IMG/VR virus record: IMGVR_UViG_3300040809_001127
Location: 5,977 to 69,976 of that record
DNA length: 64,000 bases
From: a virus
Reading direction: 5' to 3' (one strand)
Shown here: positions 19,170-28,026 of the stretch, piece by piece
How positions within the stretch are numbered: position 1 is the stretch's first letter
Layout of the letters: every line of letters begins with the position of its first letter
Translations under genes and position numbers: made by a program
Notes under the pieces: generated by a model
Database searches by the model: none
Told to the model about the DNA's origin: nothing
The model's input: the letters and a program-made list of their open reading frames with translations, nothing else

Positions 19170-20054
19170 ATGACAATTAGAGTATATGAAGAAAATAATA
19201 CATCAAGAACTATTGACTCAAGTGGTAATATATCACCTTATTTAGATTCAAAAGTATACGTCACTGATGGTGAAAACACTGTAAGTCATATTGCTGTATA
19301 TACTGATGGCAATATTGACTGGGGTTTAACTCAAAAACTTGCAATGTATGAATACGAAAGACTACATGGACAAGAAAAAACAAGATCAGAATACCATATA
19401 GCTAATGCAGATAAATTAGTACGTGACGATGTTTATATGAATGATAGTTTGGTAAGAGTTGATTATTCTATAGGTACACCAGAAGGAAGCGCATTAGTCG
19501 ATGAATTAGAAACTACTTGGCCAAACTTTATTTCAGATTATAGAAGAAGCAATAAAAATTTAGTGTCACAGTTTTCACCTATGAGATTACCATATCAAAA
19601 CGATAGTATATCATATTATGATATGCAAAAACCGTCTCAAGAATTAATTAATTATTTCAATATACCTGATATAGAATATCTGCCGTTTTATGGTCTTAAA
19701 TTCGATAAAACAAATTTAGATGTTCATATAAAGACAATGTTATTTTCTAATGAGATGAATAATCTTAATTTAGATTTAGCAAAGGCAATAAATAAAACAA
19801 TACCAGTAATTGGTGGCCAATTCTATGGAGTTATGTATAACTCAGAAGGAACTATAAGTCCATTAGTAGATGTTTATTTTACTGCAAGTTACGAAGTAGT
19901 TTCTCAATGGTGTAATAAAACAGGTTTAAATATGCCGTATACTGATGATACATTAAATTCTAAATTATCATATTGGGGCGCTGTATATAATTCAGATTTT
20001 AATAAAATAACTCATCTAAAAGCTTATATAACACATTATTTAGAAGAGGAATAA
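19170..20054 (+). CDS. Hypothetical protein
   Basis: 294-aa ORF, GAGG RBS, no motif recognised. Confidence 0.65.
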   Translation: MTIRVYEENNTSRTIDSSGNISPYLDSKVYVTDGENTVSHIAVYTDGNIDWGLTQKLAMYEYERLHGQEKTRSEYHIANADKLVRDDVYMNDSLVRVDYSIGTPEGSALVDELETTWPNFISDYRRSNKNLVSQFSPMRLPYQNDSISYYDMQKPSQELINYFNIPDIEYLPFYGLKFDKTNLDVHIKTMLFSNEMNNLNLDLAKAINKTIPVIGGQFYGVMYNSEGTISPLVDVYFTASYEVVSQWCNKTGLNMPYTDDTLNSKLSYWGAVYNSDFNKITHLKAYITHYLEEE

Positions 20055-20055
20055 T

Positions 20056-20529
20056 ATGTTTTTTAAAAAGGAAAAGAATAATATGAATAGAGAAAAAGTA
20101 TTTGAACAATTAAAAATCGATGAAGGAGTAGTCTATGAAGTCTATAAAGACCATCTTGGCTATCCTACATTTGGGGTGGGACACCTGGTACTCGAGTCTG
20201 ATCCAGAATATGGACTTGAAGTTGGCAGTGTGGTTTCCGAAGAGCGAGTCAAAGAATGTTTCGAACGCGATCTCGATATCGCCATCGAAGAATGTAATCA
20301 GCTATACGAGGACGGGAGATTTGGAGACCTCCCTTCCGAAGTCCAGCAGATATTGGTCAACATGATGTTTAACATGGGTAGGACTAGACTAAGTAAATTT
20401 AAAAAGATGCATGCAGCAATCCTTGAAGGTAACTGGGTTGAAGCAGCAAAAGAGGGAAGAGATTCCCGTTGGTACGATCAAGTAACAAATCGAGCTGAAA
20501 GGCTCATGACCCGCCTAGAAAACGTTTAA
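20056..20529 (+). CDS. Phage lysozyme (GH24) endolysin; start possibly 20083
   Basis: DEG-x6-KDHLGYPTFGVGH catalytic motif, NMMFNMG, SRWYDQVTNRA. Confidence 0.9.
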   Translation: MFFKKEKNNMNREKVFEQLKIDEGVVYEVYKDHLGYPTFGVGHLVLESDPEYGLEVGSVVSEERVKECFERDLDIAIEECNQLYEDGRFGDLPSEVQQILVNMMFNMGRTRLSKFKKMHAAILEGNWVEAAKEGRDSRWYDQVTNRAERLMTRLENV

Positions 20530-20553
20530 TTTCTAAACCAAGACTTCTTCTTT

Positions 20554-20561
20554 TATAAATA
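20554..20561 (+). promoter_or_regulatory. T4-type late promoter heading the curli cassette
   Basis: Intergenic TATAAATA, 5 nt before ATG 20567. Confidence 0.75.
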
Positions 20562-20566
20562 ACATA

Positions 20567-20863
20567 ATGGAAGAAGTCTTTTCTCTTATTAGTGATGTAG
20601 GATTACCTATTGCTGGTGCAATGGTATCTGGCTTCTTTATATTTGTTATCATGAAACAAATACTCGAAGGAGTAATTGACGATATAAAAGTTCTTACTAT
20701 GTTTAGTGAAGGCCTAGAAAATAGAGCTAGAACTATGAGTAATGAGTTAACCAAAATTGATTTGTTAGTAAGTTCAGCTTTAGAATTGCGACCAGATATT
20801 GAAAGGGTTGCAAGAGCTGAAAACTTTATTGAGGATGGAAAACTAGACGTAAGAAGAGACTAA
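20567..20863 (+). CDS. Small single-TM membrane protein (holin-like architecture)
   Basis: LISDVGLPIAG + TM helix, then coiled-coil C-terminus. Confidence 0.6.
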   Translation: MEEVFSLISDVGLPIAGAMVSGFFIFVIMKQILEGVIDDIKVLTMFSEGLENRARTMSNELTKIDLLVSSALELRPDIERVARAENFIEDGKLDVRRD

Positions 20864-20864
20864 T

Positions 20865-21152
20865 ATGGACATAGCAAATTTAATATCCGAATACGGATTT
20901 CCAACGGTGATGCTTGTAGGTTTAGGATATTATGTTTACTTTGTTTATAATTTTATAAAGTCAGAGTTGGAACCGGAAATAGAAAAGCATCACATGCAAG
21001 TAATAAAAGTAATAGATCAAATGCGAATGCTAGATCAAGACTTAATAAGGCTGCAACAAAAAGTAAATGTTGTTTTGGAATACAGAGCTAGGCAAGAATT
21101 ATTACAGCATTTCGATGAAAAATTAAGAGATGAAAAGAATGAAAATATTTAA
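20865..21152 (+). CDS. Small single-TM membrane protein, apparent paralogue of the previous gene
   Basis: LISEYGFPTVM + TM helix, then coiled coil. Confidence 0.6.
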   Translation: MDIANLISEYGFPTVMLVGLGYYVYFVYNFIKSELEPEIEKHHMQVIKVIDQMRMLDQDLIRLQQKVNVVLEYRARQELLQHFDEKLRDEKNENI

Positions 21153-21633
21153 TAAAACTTTACTAGGCACACTTGTTATTGTAATATATTTTACTGCTCA
21201 AATCGCATATGCAGATATTGTTCATCAATTTAAGAATCCATCATTTAGTGGTGTAGGAACTGGTGCGCATTATCTTACAATAGAAAATCAAGAAAACTCA
21301 CGTAAAAAAGCAATTGAAGACGCTCTAGAAGCTGCTCGAAAAGCTGCTGAAAGAGAAGCAGAAAACAGTACATTAGCAAAATTTATTCGTAATTTAGAAT
21401 CAAGAATTTATGCTCAAATGTCGAAACAACTCGTTGAATCGATGTTTTCAAATGATAATCCTGTACGCTTTGGTTCATTCGTATTAGAAGGTAATACAGT
21501 TACATATGAAGTAATTACTTCAGATGATGGAACTGAAATAATAAAAATGACAATAGTATCTTCTGATGGAACAGAAACAATTATAGAAATACCTATAGGA
21601 ACAGGTAATTATGCTCAAGATGTCGACGGTTAA
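21130..21633 (+). CDS. csgF: Curli assembly protein CsgF-like
   Basis: Signal peptide (AYA|D) then IVHQFKNPSFSG; FIRNLESRIYAQMSKQL; adjacent to csgG. Confidence 0.75.
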   Translation: MKRMKIFNKTLLGTLVIVIYFTAQIAYADIVHQFKNPSFSGVGTGAHYLTIENQENSRKKAIEDALEAARKAAEREAENSTLAKFIRNLESRIYAQMSKQLVESMFSNDNPVRFGSFVLEGNTVTYEVITSDDGTEIIKMTIVSSDGTETIIEIPIGTGNYAQDVDG

Positions 21634-22519
21634 ACTATGTAGTATATTTCTACTTACATTCTTGACTGGATGCGCGGCATTTCCTAAATGGAGTCCTGAA
21701 CCTGCTGATTGTAGTTATGGAGAAGGCAGATGGTCTGAAGGATTTAACAAAGATGTAGTCACAGGAGTAGGTCGACAAATTACAAGAAAATATATTTGTG
21801 TAGATAAGCCAGAAGTAGTAAAGCTACCAGCATATATTGAATTATTAGAATTACCTCCCGCAAAAGAAAAACCCGTTGTTGCAGTATATAATTTTGTAGA
21901 CAAAACTGGCCAAAGAAAAGCAAGAGATGGAATTGCAGATTTCTCAAATGCTGTTACTCAAGGCGGTACTGAAATGCTAATTGATGCATTAAAAACTGCT
22001 GGTAATGGAACTTGGTTCAGAGTAGTTGAAAGACAAGGCCTTGATAATTTAGTAAGAGAAAGACAAATTATTAGAAGTGCACGACAAGAATTTCCAGGAC
22101 CTGATGGTCCTCAACCAATAAATCCCTTACTTTTTGCGGGTATGATAATTGAAGGTGGTATTATTGGTTATGATACTAATATTCAAACTGGAGGAAGAGG
22201 CGCACGAACTCTAGGTATTGGATTTAGTAGACAATATCGTAAAGACGTTGTTACAGTTTCAGTGAGAGCTGTTTCTGTTTTAACGGGTGAAGTATTATTA
22301 AACGTCCAAGCACGTAAGACTATATTATCTTACGGTTCAGGTGGTGATGTATTCCGATTTATTGAACAGGGTACACAACTAGTAGAGTATGAGGACGGAG
22401 TGGGAAATAATGAGTCAGTGACATACGCGGTACGAACAGCAATTGAAGCTGCCGTACTTGAATTAATTAACCAAGGGCACGATAGAGGCTTTTGGGCTAT
22501 AGGGGAAGAAAATGAATAG
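21611..22519 (+). CDS. csgG: Curli secretion channel CsgG (CsgG/HfaB family lipoprotein)
   Basis: Lipobox LTG-C; VAVYNFVDKTGQ, FSNAVTQG, WFRVVERQGLDNLVRERQIIR, EGGIIGYDTN..TGGRGARTLGIG. Confidence 0.92.
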   Translation: MLKMSTVKLCSIFLLTFLTGCAAFPKWSPEPADCSYGEGRWSEGFNKDVVTGVGRQITRKYICVDKPEVVKLPAYIELLELPPAKEKPVVAVYNFVDKTGQRKARDGIADFSNAVTQGGTEMLIDALKTAGNGTWFRVVERQGLDNLVRERQIIRSARQEFPGPDGPQPINPLLFAGMIIEGGIIGYDTNIQTGGRGARTLGIGFSRQYRKDVVTVSVRAVSVLTGEVLLNVQARKTILSYGSGGDVFRFIEQGTQLVEYEDGVGNNESVTYAVRTAIEAAVLELINQGHDRGFWAIGEENE

Positions 22520-23249
22520 AAAAATTTTAAGCTTAGCTATTATGTTGTCGACACCATTCGTTTTCGCACAATCCACTGATGATAACGAAATTAAGATTAC
22601 TCAAACAGGTGATACTCTTAAACTATATGTAGACCAAGTTGGTTTTGGTAACAAAGTAGGTGGTGATGACGCTTCAAGCGGTACATTATCAGCTATGAGT
22701 ATTACAGGTAGTTCACTTGAGTTTGATCTTGATTTTACAGGTAATCAAAATATATTCTTTGGACCTGTTGTTGCTGATAGCTCATACTATGAAATGAGTT
22801 TTACAGGTGATAATAACCAGGTTGATTGGAATATCGGTTACATCGGTAGTGCTGATAGCTCTAACTTTAACTTTGATATTACAGGTGATTTAAATACCTT
22901 TGATATCGATCAAGGTTATGTGTTTAGTGCAGAAAGATTAGATGCGGATTTAATATTGATTGGTAGTTCAAATGTATTTGATATAGACTTTGAAAGTGAT
23001 GATAATGTTTGGAACTTCGATATTACTGGAGATTCAAATAATATCAATACGCTTCAAAATGATGGTTCACAGAATTTAGAATTTACATTGATAGGCGATA
23101 GTGCTGATGTAGACATTAATCAAGTGTCTGGTACTTGTGCAAGTAACAATGTATCTTGTGTATCACCAAATGCAAATATTGTTTTGGATGTAACATCAGA
23201 TAATGCGATCATTCAGCTTAATCAAAAAGACTCAGCTAACGATTCTTAG
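22512..23249 (+). CDS. Secreted curlin-like beta-repeat protein (CsgA/CsgB-like)
   Basis: Signal peptide; repeated x-I/F-x-I/Q-x-G-x-x-N units (ITQTGDT, VDQVGFGN, FTGDNN, ITGDSNN). Confidence 0.65.
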   Translation: MNRKILSLAIMLSTPFVFAQSTDDNEIKITQTGDTLKLYVDQVGFGNKVGGDDASSGTLSAMSITGSSLEFDLDFTGNQNIFFGPVVADSSYYEMSFTGDNNQVDWNIGYIGSADSSNFNFDITGDLNTFDIDQGYVFSAERLDADLILIGSSNVFDIDFESDDNVWNFDITGDSNNINTLQNDGSQNLEFTLIGDSADVDINQVSGTCASNNVSCVSPNANIVLDVTSDNAIIQLNQKDSANDS

Positions 23250-24312
23250 TTTTTTCATTAGTGGGGTTAGTTTCGCGGCTGACCCCATAGGTGATATAAG
23301 AGAAGTTAAAGGAGTCACATCAATTGTACGGGATAAAGAAGTTATAAAGACTTCTGAAAATCTTGGAGTACAATTGTATGACGAAGCACAGACTGGAAAT
23401 GGTCGAATGCTTATAGAATTTTTAGATAAAGCTGAATTATCTCTCAAAGAACATTCACAAGTTTTTATTGACGAAATATATTATGACCCAGACCCTTCAT
23501 TATCTAAAATGTCAATGAAAATGGTTATGGGTACAGCAAGATTTGCTTCAGGTTCTCTGGGGCTCGTAAACAAAGCAAACATAGACATATCAACGCCAAC
23601 AGCAACAATTGCAGTTCGTGGTACTGATTTTACTACAACAATCGATGAACTCGGTCGATCGTTAATTATATTATTGCCAGATCAATTTGGTAATCCTTCT
23701 GGTGAAATAGAAGTATCTAATGATGGTGGTACTATTACTTTAAATGAAGCATACGCAACTACTTTAGTTTCTAGTTTTGATAATCCACCAATGAAACAAG
23801 TTGTATTAAACGGCATCACACCAGCTGTAATTGATAATATGTTTATTGTTAATCCTCCTGAAGAAGTAAAACGTCAAGTAGAGCAAGAATTACAAGATGA
23901 AAAAAATGAAGACCAAGGCATATTAGATATAGACTTTCTAGATTTTACAGAATTAGAAGAAGATGAATTAGAAGAAGATCAATTAGATGATACAACTGAA
24001 TTAGATATTAATGAATTAGATGTAGAATTTTTAGTTGATGTATTAGATCAAATAGATTCAGGAGATTTATTTGATACATTAGGTGAGTTTGATTTAAAAG
24101 GCGCATCAAGAGGATTAAATAAAGAATCGCAATACAACGTATTTCTCAGAGATGGAGATTTAGTATTGTATAGAAATATTAATGGTGTAATTGAAGTACA
24201 AATAGGTGCTGGTGGAAACTTTACATTATATACTACAACTCCTACATGGGACGGTGTTATAACCGGTAATGATGGAGAAGATATTGAAATAGTTATAAGA
24301 CAACTAAATTAA
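23203..24312 (+). CDS. FecR-domain periplasmic protein
   Basis: Signal peptide; LYDEAQTGNGRMLIEFLD, ISTPTATIAVRGTDF; acidic linker. Confidence 0.8.
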   Translation: MRSFSLIKKTQLTILSFFISGVSFAADPIGDIREVKGVTSIVRDKEVIKTSENLGVQLYDEAQTGNGRMLIEFLDKAELSLKEHSQVFIDEIYYDPDPSLSKMSMKMVMGTARFASGSLGLVNKANIDISTPTATIAVRGTDFTTTIDELGRSLIILLPDQFGNPSGEIEVSNDGGTITLNEAYATTLVSSFDNPPMKQVVLNGITPAVIDNMFIVNPPEEVKRQVEQELQDEKNEDQGILDIDFLDFTELEEDELEEDQLDDTTELDINELDVEFLVDVLDQIDSGDLFDTLGEFDLKGASRGLNKESQYNVFLRDGDLVLYRNINGVIEVQIGAGGNFTLYTTTPTWDGVITGNDGEDIEIVIRQLN

Positions 24313-24327
24313 TGGGATATATATTAT

Positions 24328-24996
24328 ATGAATAAATTTTTTAAATACTGGATACAACCTTGGCATCCTAATAAGTACATTGAAGCAGAAGATAGAGCAT
24401 GGGAAATGCTTAAAAAATCTCAAGGTGGTCATATATGGACAGGTAAAGATCTAATAAAAGCATGGGTGTTTGGATTTATATTAGGTTGTATTTTATTTGC
24501 TCCTTTAGCATTTGCTGATGATAATAGTATTTCAATTGAACAAATAGGTTCTAGTAATCAAGTCTATGTCAGAATTACTCAAGAAGGATTTAATAATATC
24601 ATCAATACTCAATATGATGGAAGTGGTATGTACATTGACTTTAATCAGTTTGGTAATGGCAATGAAATGAATGCTTCAATTATAGGCAATAATAATCAAG
24701 TCATAGGTCAACAGTTAGGTGGTGACACTCATACAATCAACATTAATGGTAATTATAATCTAGCAGGAACTTGGTATGGAACTAGTCAAGATAATGATAT
24801 TACTATTAATCTTTTAGGAGATAATAATTTTGGCGCAATAGAAGCAAGAGGAAGTGGCGGCCACACAGGAACATTAAATTTAGAAAATGGAGCTAGAATT
24901 CAAGTATTTGTTGATACATTAGTTCCAGATACTTTTACTATCACACAATACTGCGCATCTCCTCCTTGTGCTACTTCAACTATAACTAGAGAGTAA
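24328..24996 (+). CDS. Second curlin-like repeat protein
   Basis: Hydrophobic segment ending AFA|D; NSISIEQIGSSN, ITQEGFNN, FNQFGNGN, IIGNNN repeats. Confidence 0.6.
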   Translation: MNKFFKYWIQPWHPNKYIEAEDRAWEMLKKSQGGHIWTGKDLIKAWVFGFILGCILFAPLAFADDNSISIEQIGSSNQVYVRITQEGFNNIINTQYDGSGMYIDFNQFGNGNEMNASIIGNNNQVIGQQLGGDTHTININGNYNLAGTWYGTSQDNDITINLLGDNNFGAIEARGSGGHTGTLNLENGARIQVFVDTLVPDTFTITQYCASPPCATSTITRE

Positions 24997-24997
24997 T

Positions 24998-26833
24998 ATG
25001 AAATATCTTACGTCAATATGGGCAACCTTTGCACTTATTGCTCTCTTATGTTTCATAAGATTAACAGATGGTTCATATGTGGAACAAATCAGACTAATAG
25101 GGTTTGATTCATACATTAAAACTTTACCTGAACAAAAATCAGAACGAATTGTTCTACTTAATATCAGTGAAGAATCACTAGAAGCTTATGGTCAATTCCC
25201 TTGGCCAAGACAATACTATGCTCAATTAATATCTGATCTTCGTAATAAAAATGCAGGAATGATAGCATTTACAATTATGTTTCCGGAAGACGATCGATTT
25301 GGTGGTGATGAAACATTTGCATCATGGATTAAAGACAATGGTATTATATTATCTCAAGATGCTGATGAGTATGGTAGATCGACTAAAGCACCTTATGTTG
25401 GTTATGCAACATTTGGTACAGCTGATCCTATGGATTGGATATATCGATACAAAGGTTTAGTAACAAATATTGAATCATTAGAATCTAATGCTTGGGGAGT
25501 AGGATTAATAAATGGCTCTCCTGAAGTAGACGGTGTGACACGACGTGTCCCGCTGATGTCACAAATTAATAATGAGGTATATCCATCCCTGTCACTTGAG
25601 GTACTGAGGGCAATCAATAGGAAGAAATCTTATACTATTAAGACAACAGATAATGGAATCGAAAGTGTAGTACTAAGGCCATTTGAAATCAATACTGATT
25701 CAGACGGAAGTGTATGGTTACAATGGAATACTGTTTTTGAAGAAGTAAGTTATACTGGTGCAAGTTCTATACCAGATTTAGAAGGTAAGACTGTAGTAGT
25801 AGGAGTAACAGCAAAGGGATTGGCTAATCAGATATCTACACCTGATGGATTAAAATATCCACATCAATTGCAAGCAACTGCATTACAAACTTTACTTTCA
25901 GATAAGCCAATATCAAGACCGATATGGGCTGATGCTGTTGAGATTATGGTTGCTTCTTTTGGTGCTCTTCTGATTGCTCTATCGATTTATTATTTACCGA
26001 TCTATGCAGGAATTGCAGTCTTCGTCGCCGCTGCAGCTGGATCTGCTTACGCTTCATGGTACGCCTGGTACGAATTTCAGATACTCCTCGACTTATCAGC
26101 TACTCTAATATTATATATACTTTCACTCACCTCAGCGAGTTTCAATAATTTCTATATACAATTTAAATTACGACAACAAATTAAGAAACAGTTTGAGACA
26201 TATCTCGATCCAAGACAAGTATACCTATTACAAAAGAATCCTGAATTACTGAGACTTGGTGGTGAAAGAAAAGATATGTCATTTATGTTTATGGATATCG
26301 TAGGCTTTACTCCTATATCAGAACACTATAAGAATAATGATGACCCAGAAGGCTTAGTGAAACTTATAAATAATTATTTAGATACCATGTCAAAAATTAT
26401 TTTGAAAAATGGTGGAACAATCGACAAGTATATGGGTGATTGTATTATGGCGTTTTGGAATGCGCCATTAGAATGTCCTAATCATGCAGATGCAGCAGTT
26501 AATACTGCGGTCGAGATACTAGAAGCAGCTGATGAGCTTATACAAGAACTTGAAGATCAAGGTTTACCTAGGATTGATATTGGCATTGGTATCAACACCG
26601 GTGCATGCATTGTCGGAAATATGGGATCAGAATCTCGATTTGACTATTCCGTCATTGGAGACGCCGTCAACCTTGGCGCTCGACTCGAAGGCCAAACTCG
26701 CAATTATGATGGGGTACGAGTGCTGTTATCACAGTTCACTGCGGGAGCAAGTTCAGAGAGAAGCTACAGAAAAGTCGATAGCATTAAAGTTAAAGGAAAG
26801 ACAGAACTTATCGACATTTACACTGTCGACTGA
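24998..26833 (+). CDS. CHASE2-domain class III adenylate cyclase
   Basis: GQFPWPR and DGVTRRVPL (CHASE2), three TM helices, FMDIVGFT, DKYMGD, DYSVIGDAVNLGARLE. Confidence 0.92.
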   Translation: MKYLTSIWATFALIALLCFIRLTDGSYVEQIRLIGFDSYIKTLPEQKSERIVLLNISEESLEAYGQFPWPRQYYAQLISDLRNKNAGMIAFTIMFPEDDRFGGDETFASWIKDNGIILSQDADEYGRSTKAPYVGYATFGTADPMDWIYRYKGLVTNIESLESNAWGVGLINGSPEVDGVTRRVPLMSQINNEVYPSLSLEVLRAINRKKSYTIKTTDNGIESVVLRPFEINTDSDGSVWLQWNTVFEEVSYTGASSIPDLEGKTVVVGVTAKGLANQISTPDGLKYPHQLQATALQTLLSDKPISRPIWADAVEIMVASFGALLIALSIYYLPIYAGIAVFVAAAAGSAYASWYAWYEFQILLDLSATLILYILSLTSASFNNFYIQFKLRQQIKKQFETYLDPRQVYLLQKNPELLRLGGERKDMSFMFMDIVGFTPISEHYKNNDDPEGLVKLINNYLDTMSKIILKNGGTIDKYMGDCIMAFWNAPLECPNHADAAVNTAVEILEAADELIQELEDQGLPRIDIGIGINTGACIVGNMGSESRFDYSVIGDAVNLGARLEGQTRNYDGVRVLLSQFTAGASSERSYRKVDSIKVKGKTELIDIYTVD

Positions 26834-27137
26834 GAAAAAACTACATCCTACAATATGGTATACCTTTTGGGTCCTACAAGCAGCAGATGTATGGACAACA
26901 AAAGAAGGCATTAAGTATGATTGTGTATATGAAGCAAATCCATTACTTCCTAAAGTTCCTCACGTTGATAGATTACTCATACATAAGACACTATTTCTAC
27001 ATCCATTTGCTATCTTAAAAAACGAAGATACGTTAGATAATACACAAATGATTTTTCCTATATTATTGACAGCTTGGGTGGTAAATAATAACCTTAAAGT
27101 AATTGATAGAGCTGAAAGTCGCTGTAACCTCAGATAA
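26532..27137 (+). CDS. Hypothetical protein overlapping the cyclase 3' end (start uncertain)
   Basis: Non-overlapping part has ADVWTT..G....EANPLL and hydrophobic helices and fills the gap up to the next promoter. Confidence 0.55.
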   Translation: MSLYKNLKIKVYLGLILALVSTPVHALSEIWDQNLDLTIPSLETPSTLALDSKAKLAIMMGYECCYHSSLREQVQREATEKSIALKLKERQNLSTFTLSTEKKLHPTIWYTFWVLQAADVWTTKEGIKYDCVYEANPLLPKVPHVDRLLIHKTLFLHPFAILKNEDTLDNTQMIFPILLTAWVVNNNLKVIDRAESRCNLR

Positions 27138-27184
27138 GAACAACACTTTTTCACAAGTTTTTTCACTTTTTTTTAAAAAAACCG

Positions 27185-27213
27185 TTTACAAAGACTCCAA
27201 ACTGTGGTATAAT
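27185..27213 (+). promoter_or_regulatory. T4 early-like promoter with T/A-tract upstream element
   Basis: AAAACCG-TTTACA-N17-TATAAT with TGTGG extension. Confidence 0.8.
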
Positions 27214-27219
27214 ATACCC

Positions 27220-27681
27220 ATGATAAGGAAAAACGTAATATTCGATGTAGATGGAACAATCGCTGATTGTAACCACAGACGTAAATTTGTAGATGGATCT
27301 CAGAAAAAAGACTGGGATGCATTTAAAGATGCCACACACTTAGACACACCGATTCAACACGTATGCGATATGGCTAAACAGCATTATGCTGACGAAGATA
27401 CTGTTATCTTTGTATCTGCCAGAAACAATTCACAAAGACAAATAACTGAAAAACAAATAACTGAATGGATAGGCATAGAGAATCCTATATTGTTTCTTAG
27501 ACCTGATGGTGACTACAGATCAGACGATGTATTTAAGAAAGACGTATTAGAAGTAATTAGAGATATGCTTGGTCAAGATCCAGATGTTGTATACGACGAC
27601 AGAAATCAAGTTGTTGACATGTGGAGAGCCAATGGTATCAATTGTATACAAGTTGTTCCAAGAAATGAAGGTGATTTTTAA
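27220..27681 (+). CDS. HAD phosphatase (polynucleotide 3'-phosphatase domain, PseT C-terminal-like)
   Basis: IFDVDGTIAD, FVSAR, LFLRPDGDYRSDDVFK, YDDRNQVVDMWR; start ATG 27220. Confidence 0.85.
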   Translation: MIRKNVIFDVDGTIADCNHRRKFVDGSQKKDWDAFKDATHLDTPIQHVCDMAKQHYADEDTVIFVSARNNSQRQITEKQITEWIGIENPILFLRPDGDYRSDDVFKKDVLEVIRDMLGQDPDVVYDDRNQVVDMWRANGINCIQVVPRNEGDF

Positions 27682-27998
27682 TGCAAACGACTAATGAGTT
27701 ATATTATTCAGCAGATATCCAAGTAATCAAAGAGACTACTGACTGGGATATTCCTAATCATACGTATTATATCAATCGTTCTGAAAAGATGGTTGCATAT
27801 ATCTCTCGTACTGGTGAAAAGAAAGTTTTTATAAAGCCATTATCTTTCAGCCGTTCTGGCCGCAAGTTTCATGTGATGAAAGATTTTGGCTATCCCCGTT
27901 CCGGTAAGTATAAGACAACCGCCACAAGCTGTACATGCTTAGGGTTCTTATATCGTAAACAGTGTAAACATGTCAAGGCTTATAACAAAAAAGTCTAA
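27681..27998 (+). CDS. SWIM zinc-finger protein
   Basis: CTC-x7-CKH at C-terminus. Confidence 0.7.
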   Translation: MQTTNELYYSADIQVIKETTDWDIPNHTYYINRSEKMVAYISRTGEKKVFIKPLSFSRSGRKFHVMKDFGYPRSGKYKTTATSCTCLGFLYRKQCKHVKAYNKKV

Positions 27999-28026
27999 AA
28001 AAAGTGAATTTTTTTTCACAAAACCG

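Noticed and set aside
27103-27219. N-terminal extension of the HAD phosphatase ORF
   Set aside because: Runs through T-tracts and the promoter; the real start is most likely ATG 27220.
28003-28020. Canonical CRP site next to an early promoter (tempting given the cyclase)
   Set aside because: GTGA-N8-TCAC has 8-nt rather than 6-nt spacing and is not at a class I or II position; kept only as an unexplained motif.
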